64,000 bases of DNA from positions 248,001 to 312,000 of the forward strand of contig JAAOMT010000372.1 in the NCBI GenBank assembly GCA_016748015.1, in the 5' to 3' direction. Shown here piece by piece: positions 22,970-35,411 of the stretch (the stretch's first letter is position 1; each line of letters starts with the position of its first letter). Source of the DNA: Geosiphon pyriformis uo1. Lineage: Eukaryota > Fungi > Glomeromycota. Position numbers and translations under genes: made by a program. The notes below the pieces were generated by a model, which did not search any database, had not been told where the DNA came from, and saw only the letters and a program-made list of their open reading frames with translations.

Positions 22970-25018
22970 TCAGATCATATGTAATATTTCTTGAGTTGTG
23001 TGCTATGAACAGGGCAATCATTGAAGATTGTTCCATATTAATTTTGTAAGATATAAGCAAAACTTTGTTGACTAAAAAGGATTCTTTCCACTGACTAGAG
23101 AATTTATTACCATAGACATTGTCTCTGTCTGAATGGTATTCTAAAACTAAGTCACCAACACTTAAGAAAAGTGTTTTATATGTTTTCTTTTTCTTAAGCT
23201 TCTCTTGGAATTGTTTTATCTTTTCAAAGACAATTATTCATGCTTCTACTAATGAATCAAGAATAGTACTAAGTCTTCTTTGCAAAATGTCTTTGTAATT
23301 CTCTATTGTTATTTCTTCAAAGGGTATTGTCTCAATGTCAGTTTCTATTGGTAGAATTGCCATTCGTCTATAGAGTAGATAAAAGGGTTCATAACTTGTT
23401 ATGTCATGATTTACAGTTCTATAAGCAAACAAAGCTGAAGGCAGTACTTTGTTCCATAAGTTTGTTTCTTCGCTGGTTTTGGTTAGAGTTTCACATAGTG
23501 TTCTATTGAAATGTTCCACTAGGCTGTTTGTTTGGAGGTGATAAGGAGAGGAAAGTTTGTAACATATTCCCATTTTTCTGCAAAGTTCTTCAACAAATGT
23601 ACTGAGAAAAGCTCTTCCTCTGTCAGATAAAAGTTCTTTGGGACAGTCATGGCAACAAATAATATCTTCATAAATGAAATTGGCTATTGAGACTGCTGTT
23701 TGGTCTGAAGTGGCTCTTGCTTCTACCCACTTTGTAAGATAGTTGGTAGCTGTGATAATGTATCTGTTGCCATCAGGAGTTATTGTTAAAGGTCCAACAA
23801 CATCTATACCAATTCTGTCAAAGAGTTAACCAACAGAAATTGGATGGATATCTTCTTTGCAATTGGGTTTTTCTCTTTTTTGGCAGATATCACAGGTTTT
23901 GATATATTTAGCAATGTCTTTTCCCAAGGTAGGCCAATAATAGCAAGCTAGAGTTTTCTGAATTGTTTTTGTTTTTCCAAAGTATCCAGCTAATGGATCA
24001 GTGTGCATATTGTAGATTACAAATTTTCTTTCTTCAAATCTGATGACTCTCTGGTGGCAGTCAGAATCTTTTTCTATTTCTTTTATAAAGTTGGTTCTGA
24101 CAAATCAAATAGAAATTTGATTGTTTGCACAAATGTTCTCTTTGTTGTCATGTGTATTTTGGTGGATATTGTTCTTTATCCAAAAATTCTATTAAGACAA
24201 AGTAATTGTCCAAGTCCATTATCGTGTTTGTCAAAAAGGGGGAATTACTAATAATTAAGTTGGTTTGGTTTGAGAGGGTTGTTTTGTCACTGGATGGTAA
24301 GTCTGGAAAGAGCATTGGCGTTTTGATAATTAGCTCCTTTGCAATGTTGAATATTATAGTCAAATTCATCCAAGTGGAGTATCCAGCAAGTTATCTATTT
24401 GTGTTCTAGCCTTTTTTTGTTGTGCAGCCAAACCAAAGCTTGGTGATCTGTTACCACCAAAAACTTCACACCAAGAAGATACTTACTTTAGTAACTGGTG
24501 GACCATACTACTGCTAAGCATTCTTGTTCAGTGACTGAATAGTTCTGTTCTGCTGGGGAAAGGGTTCTACTGGCATAGGCTATAGCATGTTTTTTGCTAT
24601 TTTCATCTTTCTGGGAGAGAACAGCACCAAGTCCAAAGCCAAATGCATCAGTGTGGAAGATAAAGAGTCGATCTAAATCAGGTTGCTTGAGGATAGATTC
24701 TGTAACCAGTTTTTTCTTTAAAGTTTCAAAGGCTTTTTGCTGATGTGTTTCCCAATGGTAATTGACATTTTTTCTAAGTAGCTGATTAAGAGGAGAGGCG
24801 ATTTTGGAGAAATTCTTGACAAATTTGCGATAATAAAAGGCCAAACCAAGAAAAGAGCATAGTTTATAAATGTTCATTGGTTGTTTGATGTTTTGGACTT
24901 TTTCAACTTTGGCTGGGTTCATCTTTTGTGATAAAATGACCAAGGAACTGGGTGGATTGTCTTTCAAAAAAAGATTTGATTGGGTTGATCTTGAGGCCAG
25001 CATTTTTGAAGAGGTCAA
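22900..25018 (-). pseudogene. C1 partial RT, RNase H and integrase
   Basis: FHTDAFGFGLGAVLSQ, EQECLAVVW, MHTDPLAGYFG..TCDICQ, SSPYHLQTN. Confidence 0.88.
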
Positions 25019-27581
25019 TGAAAAGTATAGAAGGTGTTTTGAATGTTTTGATCCAGAAAATAATTGTTTATGTTGATTGAAGATACCTCTGTTTTGGAAA
25101 TGGTGCATTTATTTATATTTGATTTTTGCTGATTATTTGAGTCAATATTACCACAACAGGCAGCCAATCAGATTGTTTATGATATTTCTTGAGTCGTGTC
25201 TTATGAACAGGACGATTATTGAAGATTGTTCTGAATTGATCTTAAATAATATAAGAACCATTGTTTAAAACTTTGTTAACTATAAAAGGTTCTTTCCATA
25301 AACATTGTCTCTGTCAGAGCAGTATTCTAGTACCAAGTTACCAACACTTAAAAAAAATGTTTTATAGGTTTTTTTTTTCTTAAGCTTTTCTTGAAACTGT
25401 TTTATCTTTTCAAAAGCAATTATTTGTGCTTTTACCATGGAGTTAAAAATGGTACCAAGTCTTCTTTGCAAAATGTCTTTGTAATTTTCTATTGTGATTT
25501 CTTCAAAGGGTATTGTTTCAATGTTAGTTTTTATTAGTAGTATTGCCATGTGTTCATAGAGCAGATAAAAAGGTTTATAACTTGTTATGTCATGATTCAC
25601 AGTTCTATAAGCAAACAAAGCTGAAGACAGTACTTTGTCTTATAAGTTTGTTTCTTCACTAGTTTTGGCTAAGGTTTCACATAGTGTTTTATTAAAACGT
25701 TCCATTAGGCCATTTGTTTGGGGGTAATAAAGGGAGGAAAGTTTATGATGTATTCCTATTTTTCTACAAAGTTCTTCAACCAGTATACTGAGAAAAGCTC
25801 TTCCTCTATCAGATAAAAGTTCTTTGGGACAGCCATGATGGTAAATGATATCTTCATAAATGAAATTGGCTATTGAGACTGCTGTTTGTTTTGGAGTGAC
25901 TCTTGCTTCTACTCACTTTGTAAGATAGTTGGTAGCTGTAATAATGTATCTGTTGCTATCAGAAGTTATTATTAAAGATCTAACAATATCTATACCAATT
26001 ATGTCAAATGGTTGACCAACAGAAGTTGGATAGATATCTTCTTTGTGATTGGGTTTGCCTTTTCTTTGGCAGATGTCACAGGTTTTGATGTATTCAGCAA
26101 TATCCTTTCCCAAGGTAGCCCAATAATAATGAGCTAAAGTTTTCTGAATTGTTTTTGTTTTTCCAAAGTGTCTAGCTAATAAGTCAGTATGCATATTGTA
26201 TATTACAATTTCTCTTTCTTCAAATTTGATGACTCTTTGGGGGCAGTCAGAATCTTTTTTGTTTCTTTTATATAATTGGTTTTGGCAGATCAAATAGAAA
26301 TTTAATTGTTTGTGCAAATGTTTTTTTTGCTGTCAAGTGTATTCTGATGGGTATTGTTCTTTACCCAAAAATTCCATTAAGGCAGAGTAGTTGTCCAAGT
26401 CTATTATTGTGTTTGTTTGTAAAAAAGTTATTAATAATTAAGTTGGTTTGGTTTGAGAGATTGTACTATTACTGAATGATAAGTTTAGAGAGAACATCTG
26501 TGATGATTTGCTTCTTTGCAGTATTGAATATTATAGTCGAATTTATTCAAGTAGAATATTCAGTGAGTTATTCGTTTGTGTTTTAGCTTCTTTTTATTGT
26601 GCAGCCAAACCAAGGCTTAATGATCTGTTACTATTAAGAATTTTGCATCAAGAAGATATTGATCCCAGTAGCTAGTAGCCCAAACTACTGCTAAACATTC
26701 TTGTTTAGTAACTGAATAGTTCTTTTCTGCTGGTGTGAAAAATCTACTGGCATATGCTATGGCATGTTCTTTGCCATTTTCATTTTTTTGTGAAAAGACA
26801 GCACCAAGTCCATAACCAGATGCATCAGTGTAGAGGATGAAAGGTTGATCCAGATCTGGTTGCTTGAGAATTGGTTCAGTAACAAGTTTTTTTGTTGATC
26901 AGTGCCCCAGTGATAATTGACATTTTTTTTGAGTAGCTAATTGAGAAAAAAGACAATTTTGGAGAAATTCTTGATAAATTTGCAATAGTAAAAGGCCAAA
27001 CTAAGGAAAGAGTGTAGTTTAGGAACATTCATTGGTTGTCTAATGTTTTGGACTTTTTCAACTTTAGCTGAGTCAGAGAAGATTCTATCTTTTGTAATAA
27101 AATGACCAAGGAACTGGGTGGATTGGTGTCCAAAGAAAGATTTAATTAGATTGGTCTTGAGGCCAGCATTTCTAAGCAGGTTAAAAATCTTCTATAAATG
27201 TTCAAGATGTTCATCCCAGGTTTTTGAATATACCATTATGTCATCCAAGTAAACCAGAACAAAATTTTCTTTTACTGATTCAAACACTTTATTCATTAGT
27301 CATTAAAAGATGGAAGGAGCATTGGTGAGACCAAAAAGCATGACTGTGAATTCATAGGTGCCATACTTGGTAATGAAGGCAGTTTTTTTTCTGCTTTCTG
27401 GATCTATCTCTACTTGCCAGAATTCAACAGTTAAATCAATGGTTGAGAAGAAAGCAGCACCATTGAATTTATCTAACATTGCATTAATTTTGGGGAGTGA
27501 GTATATGTTTCTTATAGTAATGGCATTTAGTTGGCAGTAGTCAACACAGAAGTGTAGGGTTCTACCTTTCTTGAATACCAC

Positions 27582-28232
27582 TGTTATGATTGAAACCTAT
27601 ACTTCTTATTAATTATCGCATGTATTAGTCACTGATGTCATATGATTAGCCACACTATTTTAGAAAGTGATCATTGACCTAGTCGTTAACTTGATCATTG
27701 ACCACTTTTGACAGCTATATAAGCAATGAATCTTTTAGCTGTAGAAAAGTATATAATAACAAGCATCTGAATAATCAAGAATAAATAAAATAACAACTTT
27801 CATCTTAATCCTTTTCTTATCATTAATTTTCCTTTCCCACCTTCAAGTATCTGAACATCTTAAAGATAAAAGATTACTTGTTGGCCTTTTTCTAATGTAT
27901 ATAATTGTAGCATTTGAAAATTATTTGAATAAACGTGACTGAAAAGCACAAGTTGATACCTGATATTGAATTCTAAGAGTGCTGATGTAAGGCATAGAAT
28001 TATACCAGTGGTGATCAATTGTTGACAGTACAGACTATTTTTTTATCTTCAGATTTTCCAGTTATCTTTGAAAAAAATAGTGACTGAGATATTTTATAAG
28101 ACTGATTTTGCACATTGAATCCATACTCATTCAATTCACTCTTTAAAGTTGAATTTCCTTTTGATTATTTCCATCATCCTACAATCCTGTTCTCTCTTGC
28201 TATCCATTAGCTTGTTACTCTAACCCATAACA
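27582..28232 (+). repeat. C3 5' LTR
   Basis: TG...CA termini and direct repeat of 34564-35222. Confidence 0.95.
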
Positions 28233-28238
28233 TAAAAG

Positions 28239-28256
28239 TGGTGCTCTCTGTAAGGT
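28239..28256 (+). promoter_or_regulatory. C3 primer-binding site
   Basis: TGGTGCTCTCTGTAAGGT after a 6-nt spacer. The same arrangement occurs at 56202-56225(-). Confidence 0.7.
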
Positions 28257-28283
28257 TGTTAAAATTCACTTATTTCCTTATTG

Positions 28284-29834
28284 TATAAGTGATTATTCAT
28301 ACTTGCCACAGCAATCAGAAGAACACTTTGCAGTACACAACAGAAATGACCTAGAGTTTATTGAACTCAATCCTCTGCTCTCCTGCTTGATCTGTTTTTC
28401 TGTTGAAAAATAATCCAGTAGACAATTTCAAGACTTTTGGAACTGGTTTTTGAACAAGCATTCAGCTGAAACCTATACAGCTTATATCATCTATTACTTT
28501 GATCAAGCTTATTTTGAAAACAATTTTGAAGAAAGAAATACCAGCATCAATCAGCTCTTATACTCCACAACTTTTGAACAACAGTCCCCTGATTTCAAAT
28601 ATCTGAATTACCAAATCCATATTTGGATTGCTGCTCACCAATTAGCTGAAAACACCTTTGAAACAAAAAAAGAAAGTTACCAAACTGCCCCTATTTTTGA
28701 TATTTTCTCAAGTAAATCAAAGCATTCCACACAAACAGTAACTCCTGAACCAATGGTCCAAGATCCAATACAAGTAAACATCCTGGCCGCCCTCCAAGGC
28801 ATACAAACTGCTTTGGAATGAAGAAACAACACTCCACTACTATTATTTAAAGGCAATGCACAAGATCCAATTGAATGGTTGGATAACTTTGAAAGAGCTG
28901 CTACAGCCAACCAATATAATGATGAGTACAAGTTTCAAATTGTTGGTGGCTACCTCCAAGGCTCTCCTGCTATCTGGTTCTCACAGAAAACTGATGCTAA
29001 TGCCCATCAAAGAATTATTAGATGGATGCCAGCAAATGCTGGAGAAAACAACACCTCTTTCACAACCCAGTTTGAAAACAAGTTCAGAACCCCAATCTTG
29101 ATATCCAAGTGGTATATGGAATTAGAAAAAAAAACTCAAGGTCCTGGTAAAATTGTAACTGAATATGCTAAAGCAATTAAAAAGTTAATCAAGCATATAG
29201 ACTCTGGAAGAAATTGGACAGAAGAGCAAAAGTTTTATTCCTTTACAAAAAGATTGAGAACCGATTTATCTTATGTTCTTTGGCCTCTTTTGGCCCTGAA
29301 AAACAATTCTACAATAAACATGGCCATTGAACTTGCCCAACAAATTGAAGACAACCAAAGAATACATTTGGGATCTACACTTTCAGTTTTTGCTCCTGCT
29401 TCTGTCATGGCTCCTGCCTCTTAAATGGCTGCTGCCTCTTTTGCTGTCCAAACTCAAGATCCAAATAAACAATTAATTAATAGACTCACAGCCAATCTTG
29501 CCCAATTATTAGAACCTTTGACACAAGCAGTTAGAGATAACCAACAATCACAAAGACCCAGATATGAACCATGTTTAATCAGCCTCAGCAATCTCCTTAT
29601 CAAAGACAGCAAAATTATGGTCTTCCTGTATGTTATAGATGTGGATTAACTGGACATTTCTCAAGAGATTGCAACAATCTTTCTTTATCTCCTCCAGTTT
29701 CCAGAAATAATAACAATTAAAACAATAGACCCATCAACAATAATGCTCCCAATCAAAGATCCAACCATACTAACATCAATTTCTTTGGAGAGGATCCTCT
29801 AGTTGAAGCCACAGTCTATCAGCCTTTAAACTAA
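28284..29834 (+). pseudogene. C3 gag (capsid, CCHC knuckle at 29631-29672)
   Basis: QDPIEWLDNFERAA and CYRCGLTGHFSRDC. Ends at TTA AAC TAA. Confidence 0.85.
29825..29831 (+). promoter_or_regulatory. -1 ribosomal frameshift heptamer TTTAAAC (gag/pol)
   Basis: Phased T TTA AAC in the gag frame immediately before the gag stop. The -1 frame is open into pol. Conserved in C2 at 54647-54653(-). Confidence 0.75.
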
Positions 29835-32800
29835 TAGGCGCATTTCCAAAGGATGAAAGTGCAAGCCAACCAGAAAAAAACCCCTTTTTCACTTTTAACT
29901 TAACTAATGATGACCATAACATGGATAAATTAGCAATCAACACTTCTGAATCAACCAGAAAAAAGAAAAAAGCCAAGGTTGATTTCGTTCTAGATCCCAA
30001 CAAAGCCTCAACTTCCACTGCTGATAATAATGAGCCACCAAAAGCCAAAGTTTTTAAAAACCCTCCAAAGTTGGAACCCCCAGAAATTGTACAAAAATCT
30101 GGACCCTATTTTGTTGTCAAAGATCTCATGAAAACACCAGCACACATTACCTTTGGCCAGTTAATGACCCATCCACAGTTCAGAAAAGATCTCCACAAAT
30201 CTCTAATCCTCAAGAAGAAAACACCAAAGACCAATAAATGCTCTCACCAAGCTGGACTTGCTGACAACAGCAATGTCACTTCTCTAATTTGCAAAGCACA
30301 AATGGCTGGTTACTTCATTGACTTGATCCTAGATAGTGGATCATCTGTTAGTGTAATTGCCAAACACTTCCTTGAAGCAATTGGCAGAAAAATTGATGAG
30401 CCTTTCACCTGACTAATGACCAATGTACATGGTGACAAGAAGAAAGATCTGGGCATTGCCAAAGCTATTTCTGTCTGCATCAATGGCATCAGCATTGAAA
30501 CTGACATGGAAGTTTCTGAAGCTAAAGAATACATCATCATTGTTGGCAATAAGTGGCTCAAGAAAGCAAAAGCCTTACTCGACTATGAATTTTGTAAGCT
30601 AATCATAAGATGTGGTGAAAAACCCATTGTGATTAAATATTGCCATTGGACAACTCCTTTAGCAACCAAACAAAATCAAGAAGATAAGCAATCAGAGGAA
30701 TCAAATGATGAAGAGAGTGATAAAAAAGATGAACAAAAAGAACAAGAAGAAACTGCTGAACTTGCCTACACCACTTTCACAAGCAATGGCAAGCCACTAG
30801 ACAATGTTAAAGCTGATAGAGAGGGAATCATTGTGAATAACAAGTTGATCTGCTGGCCCTACTATGATATCCTAAGAAGAATTTTTGACCAGAAGCCTGG
30901 CAAGAAAGCCAAGTACCATTATTGGTGGCATGGTCTTTGTGCCCAGTACTGGTGCAACCAACCCTTGTATTCTTCAAGTAATGAATGCAAATCATGCCTG
31001 ATCTATTACAAAGATTGGGAACCAATCAGTTTAATACCTAAAGAAGAATTGAAAGAAGTTCAAAAGTCCTTTGAAAATGAACCACCTGAGATCCAATTAC
31101 TAGTTATAAAACAAAGAAAATCCTCTCCAGAAGAAAGAAAAATAGACATTGAAAATCTGCTGGCTAGAAACAGCCCAGTTATCTCAAAAGAAGGTGATAC
31201 CTCTGGACAAACTCATGTGATACAACACACTATTACCACCAGAGAAACTTGCCCTATCTATTTGAAGCCTTATTAGTCCAATTGTTACAATGATGAGTTT
31301 ATCAAGAAAGAGATAAACCGCATGAAAAAACTTGGATTTATACAAAAAACCAAGAGTGAATGGGCTTTTCCAGTTGTAGTGGTATTCAAAAAAGGTAGAA
31401 CTCTATGCTTCTGTGTTGACTACTGGCAATTAAATGTCATTACTGAAAGAGACATGTACCTACTTCTCAAGATTGATGCAATGCTGGACCAATTCAAAGA
31501 TGCTGTTTTCTTTTCAATTATTGATCTAATTGCTGGATTCTGGCAAGTAGAGATGAATCCAGAAAGCCGGAAGAAAACTGCCTTTATCACCAAGTATGGC
31601 ACCTATGAATTTATAGTCATGCTTTTTGGTCTTACCAATGCCCCTCTCACCTTTCAATGCTTAATGGATAAAGTATTTGAATCAGTGAAAGAAAACTTTG
31701 TTCTGGTCTATTTGGATGATATAATAGTGTACTCAAAAACCTGAGATGAACACCTTAAACATTTGCAAAAGGTTTTTAATCTTTTCAGAAATGCAGGTCT
31801 CAAGATCAACCCAATTAAATCTTTCTTTGGAAGACAATCCACCCAATTTTTTGGCCATCTTATTACAAAAGATGGAATCTTCCCTGATCCAGCCAAAGTG
31901 GAAAAAGTTTAAAACATAAGACAACTAATAAATGTTTATGAGTTATGTTCTTTCCTTGGTTTGGCCTCCTATTATTGCAAATTTGTTAAGGATTTCTCCA
32001 AAATTGCCTTTCCACTCAATTAGCTACTCAAGAAAAATGTCAACTACCATTGGAGCACATATCAGCAGAAAGCATTTGAAACTCTTAAAGAAAAATTGGT
32101 TACAGAACCTATTCTCAAGCAACCTGATCTGGATCAATCTTTCATCCTTTACACTGATGCATTTGGCTATGAACTTGGTGCTGTTCTCTCATAAAAAGAT
32201 GAAAATGGCAGAGAATATGCAATAGCCTATGCCAGTAGAACCCTTACACCAGCAGAAAAGAACTATTCAGTTACTAAACAGGAATGATTAGCAGTAGTTT
32301 GGACTACTAGCTATTGGGATAAATATCTTCTTGGTGTGAAGTTTTTGGTGGTAACAGATCACCAAGCTTTGGTTTGGCTGTGCAACAAGAAAAGATTAGA
32401 ACATAAACAGATAGCCCGCTGGATACTCTACTTGGATGAATTTGACTATGATATTCAACACTATAAAAGAACTAATCATCAAAACACTGACACTCTCTCC
32501 AGACTTATCACCAAATGACAGTACAACCTCCTAAACCAAACCAACCTAATTATTAGTAATTCTCTTACAACCAAACATGATAATAGACTTGAACAACTAC
32601 TCTGCCTTAATGAAATTTTTGGGTAAAGGACAATACCCACCAGAATATACTCGACAACAAAGAGAACATTTGTGCAAACAATCAAATTTTTATTTGATCT
32701 GCCAGAACCAATTATACAAAAGAAATAGAAAAGATCCTGACCACCCCCAGAAAGTCATAAGATTTGAAAAAAAAGAAATTGTGATCTATAACATGTACAC

Positions 32801-33900
32801 TAATCCATTAGCTGAACACTTTGGAAAAACAAAAACAATTCAGAAAATTCTAGCTCACTATTATTGGCCTACTTTGGAAAAAGACATTGCTAAGTACATT
32901 AAAACCTGTGATACCTGCCAAAGAAGAGAAAAACTCAATTGCAAAGAAGACATCCATTCAATCTCTGTTGGCCAACTCTTTGACAGAATTGGTATAGATG
33001 TTGTTGGACCATTAACAGTAACTCTTGATGACAACAGATACATTATCACAGCTACTGACTATCTTACAAAATGGGTAGAAGCAAGAGCCACCCCAGATCA
33101 AACAGCAGTTTCCATTGCTAATTTCATTTATGAAGATATCATTTGTCACTATGGCTGCCCCAAAGAACTTTTATCTGATAGAGGAAGAGCTTTTCTCAGT
33201 ACACTGGTTAAAGAATTTTGTAAAAAAATAGGAATATGTCACAAACTTTCCTCCTCTTATCACCCTTAAACAAATGGCCTAGTGGAACATTTCAATAGAA
33301 TACTGTGTGAAATTTTAGCCAAAACAAGTGAAAAAACAAACTTATGGGACAAAGTATTGCCTTCAGCTTTGTTTGCTTATAGAACTGTGAATCATGACAT
33401 AACAAGTTATGAACTTTTTTACTTACTCTATGGATAAATGGTAACACTATCAATAAAAACTGATATTGAGACAATACCATTTGAAAAAATCACAATAGGG
33501 AATTACAAAGACATTTTGCAAAGAAGACTTGGTACTATTTTTGACTCATTAGTAGAAGCACAAATAGTTGCTTTTGAAAAGATAAAACAGTTTCAAGAAA
33601 AGCTTAAAAAAAAGAAAACCTATAAAACATTTTCTTTAAATATTGGTGACTTGGTATTAGAATACCGTTCAGACAGAGACAATGTCTATGATGATAAATT
33701 CTCTAGCTGGTGGAAAGGACTCTTTATAGTCAACAAAGTTTTGAACAATGGTTCTTATATTCTTCAAGATCAATCCAGAACAATCTTTAATGATTGACCT
33801 GTTCATGGTACATGACTCAAGAAATACCACAAACGATCTGATTGGTTGCCTGTTATAGTAATACTAACTCAAATAATCAACAAAAATCAAGTATAAATAA
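29825..33900 (+). pseudogene. C3 pol (PR, acidic/Cys linker, RT, RNase H, IN), no dUTPase
   Basis: LILDSGSS, CFCVDY, VYLDDI, YTDA, DYLTKWVEA, SDRG. Confidence 0.92.
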
Positions 33901-34593
33901 ACACACTATTCCCAAAACAAAGGTATCTTCAATCAACATAAACAATTATTTTCTGGATCAAAACATTCAAAATGCTTTCTATACTTTTTATGAGTATTGG
34001 ATTAAAAATTATCCAAATGCTACTCTGACCATTGGAAAACAAACTACAATAACTGACAACAGTGGAACACATACTGTTATGAGACCAAAGAAAACAACTA
34101 CAAGAAGAGAAAAAATTGGTAGCAAAATGGATAAGTATTTGCTGGAAAGTATAACAGCAGCAATACTTGCACCTTCCATCACAATTGGAAAAACAATTAA
34201 AGAAATCTTGCCTATAGACAAAAACTTGTCACATGGAAGACAACTAAAACTCTATGGTCACCTTGGTGAAATTATAGAAAACATGAAGCTTATGAAGAAA
34301 ACAACTTCTGAGATACAAGTGAAAATTTTGAACATTGTATGATTAGATGTCCCAAGAGTTTTGACCATTGCAAGAAGAGCCAAAACTCTAATATAAAAAT
34401 TTGGTCTCTTAGATACAAAACTCATTTTGCTTCAAGTTTTATATATCTTATTCACAAAAGACTTCAACAAACTAGTTAGCTTTGAGTTAGATAAAACCTT
34501 TCAAATAGATTACACTATAAATAATTTGATTTTGCTGGAGCTCAATTTCTTTAGAGAGGATAATGTTATGGTTGAAACCTATACTTTTTATTA
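33842..34593 (+). pseudogene. C3 accessory ORF (internal stop at 34340-34342)
   Basis: Homologous to 22217-22969. PPT AGAGAGGATAA precedes the LTR at 34564. Confidence 0.8.
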
Positions 34594-35222
34594 ATTATCA
34601 CATGTATTAGCTACTGATGTCATATGATTAGCCACACTATTTTAGAAAATGATCATTGATCTGATCATTGACTTAGTCATTAATCTGATTATTGACCACT
34701 TTTGACAGCTATATAAGCAATGAATCTCTTAGCTATAGAAAAGTATGTAATAACAAGCATCTGAATAATCAAGAATAAATAAAATAACAACTTTCATCTC
34801 AATTCTTCTCTTATCGCTAATTTCTCTTTCTCTATCTTCAAGTATCTGAACATTTTAAAGATAAAAGATTACTTGTTGGCCTTTTCCTGACATATATAAT
34901 TGTAGTATTTGAAAATTATATGAATAAACATAACTGAAAAGCACAAGTTCTAATATTGAATTCTAAGAGTGCCAATCTGAGACATAGAATTATACTAGTG
35001 GTGATCAATTGTTAACAGTACGGACTATTCCTCTACCTTCAGATTCTCCAGTTACCTTTGAAAAGAATAGCAACTGAGATATTTTATGAGACTGATCTCG
35101 CACATTGAATCCATACCCATTCAATTTGCTTTTTAAAGTTGAATTCCCCTTTAATTATTTCCATCACCCTACAATTTTGTTCTTTTTTGCTATCTGTTAG
35201 CTTGTTACTCCAACCCATAACA
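34564..35222 (+). repeat. C3 3' LTR
   Basis: Direct repeat of the 5' LTR with one extra 12-bp unit. Confidence 0.95.
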
Positions 35223-35411
35223 CCACTACAACTGGGAAAGCCCATTCACTCTTGGTTTCTTGTATAAATTCTTTTTTTTTTTGTTAATGTGTAGTCATGT
35301 TGTTCTTTTATTAGTTTAGTCACACTCAAAAAGCATGACTTTTTCATAAAGCCAACTCATCTAATAATCTAAATTACAAGATGTGACTAACCACTAAGTG
35401 GTTAGTCCAAA

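Larger units (their letters stand above)
21592..25018 (-). mobile_element. Gypsy family C copy C1 (3' LTR, accessory ORF, IN, RH, partial RT), 5'-deleted
   Basis: LTR 21592-22247, PPT GGAGAGGATGA, IN and RH motifs. Breaks inside RT at about 25018. Confidence 0.9.
27582..35222 (+). mobile_element. Full-length Gypsy family C copy C3 (7.6 kb) inserted in the RT of C2
   Basis: LTRs 27582-28232 and 34564-35222. TSD CCAC at 27578-27581 and 35223-35226. Confidence 0.95.
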
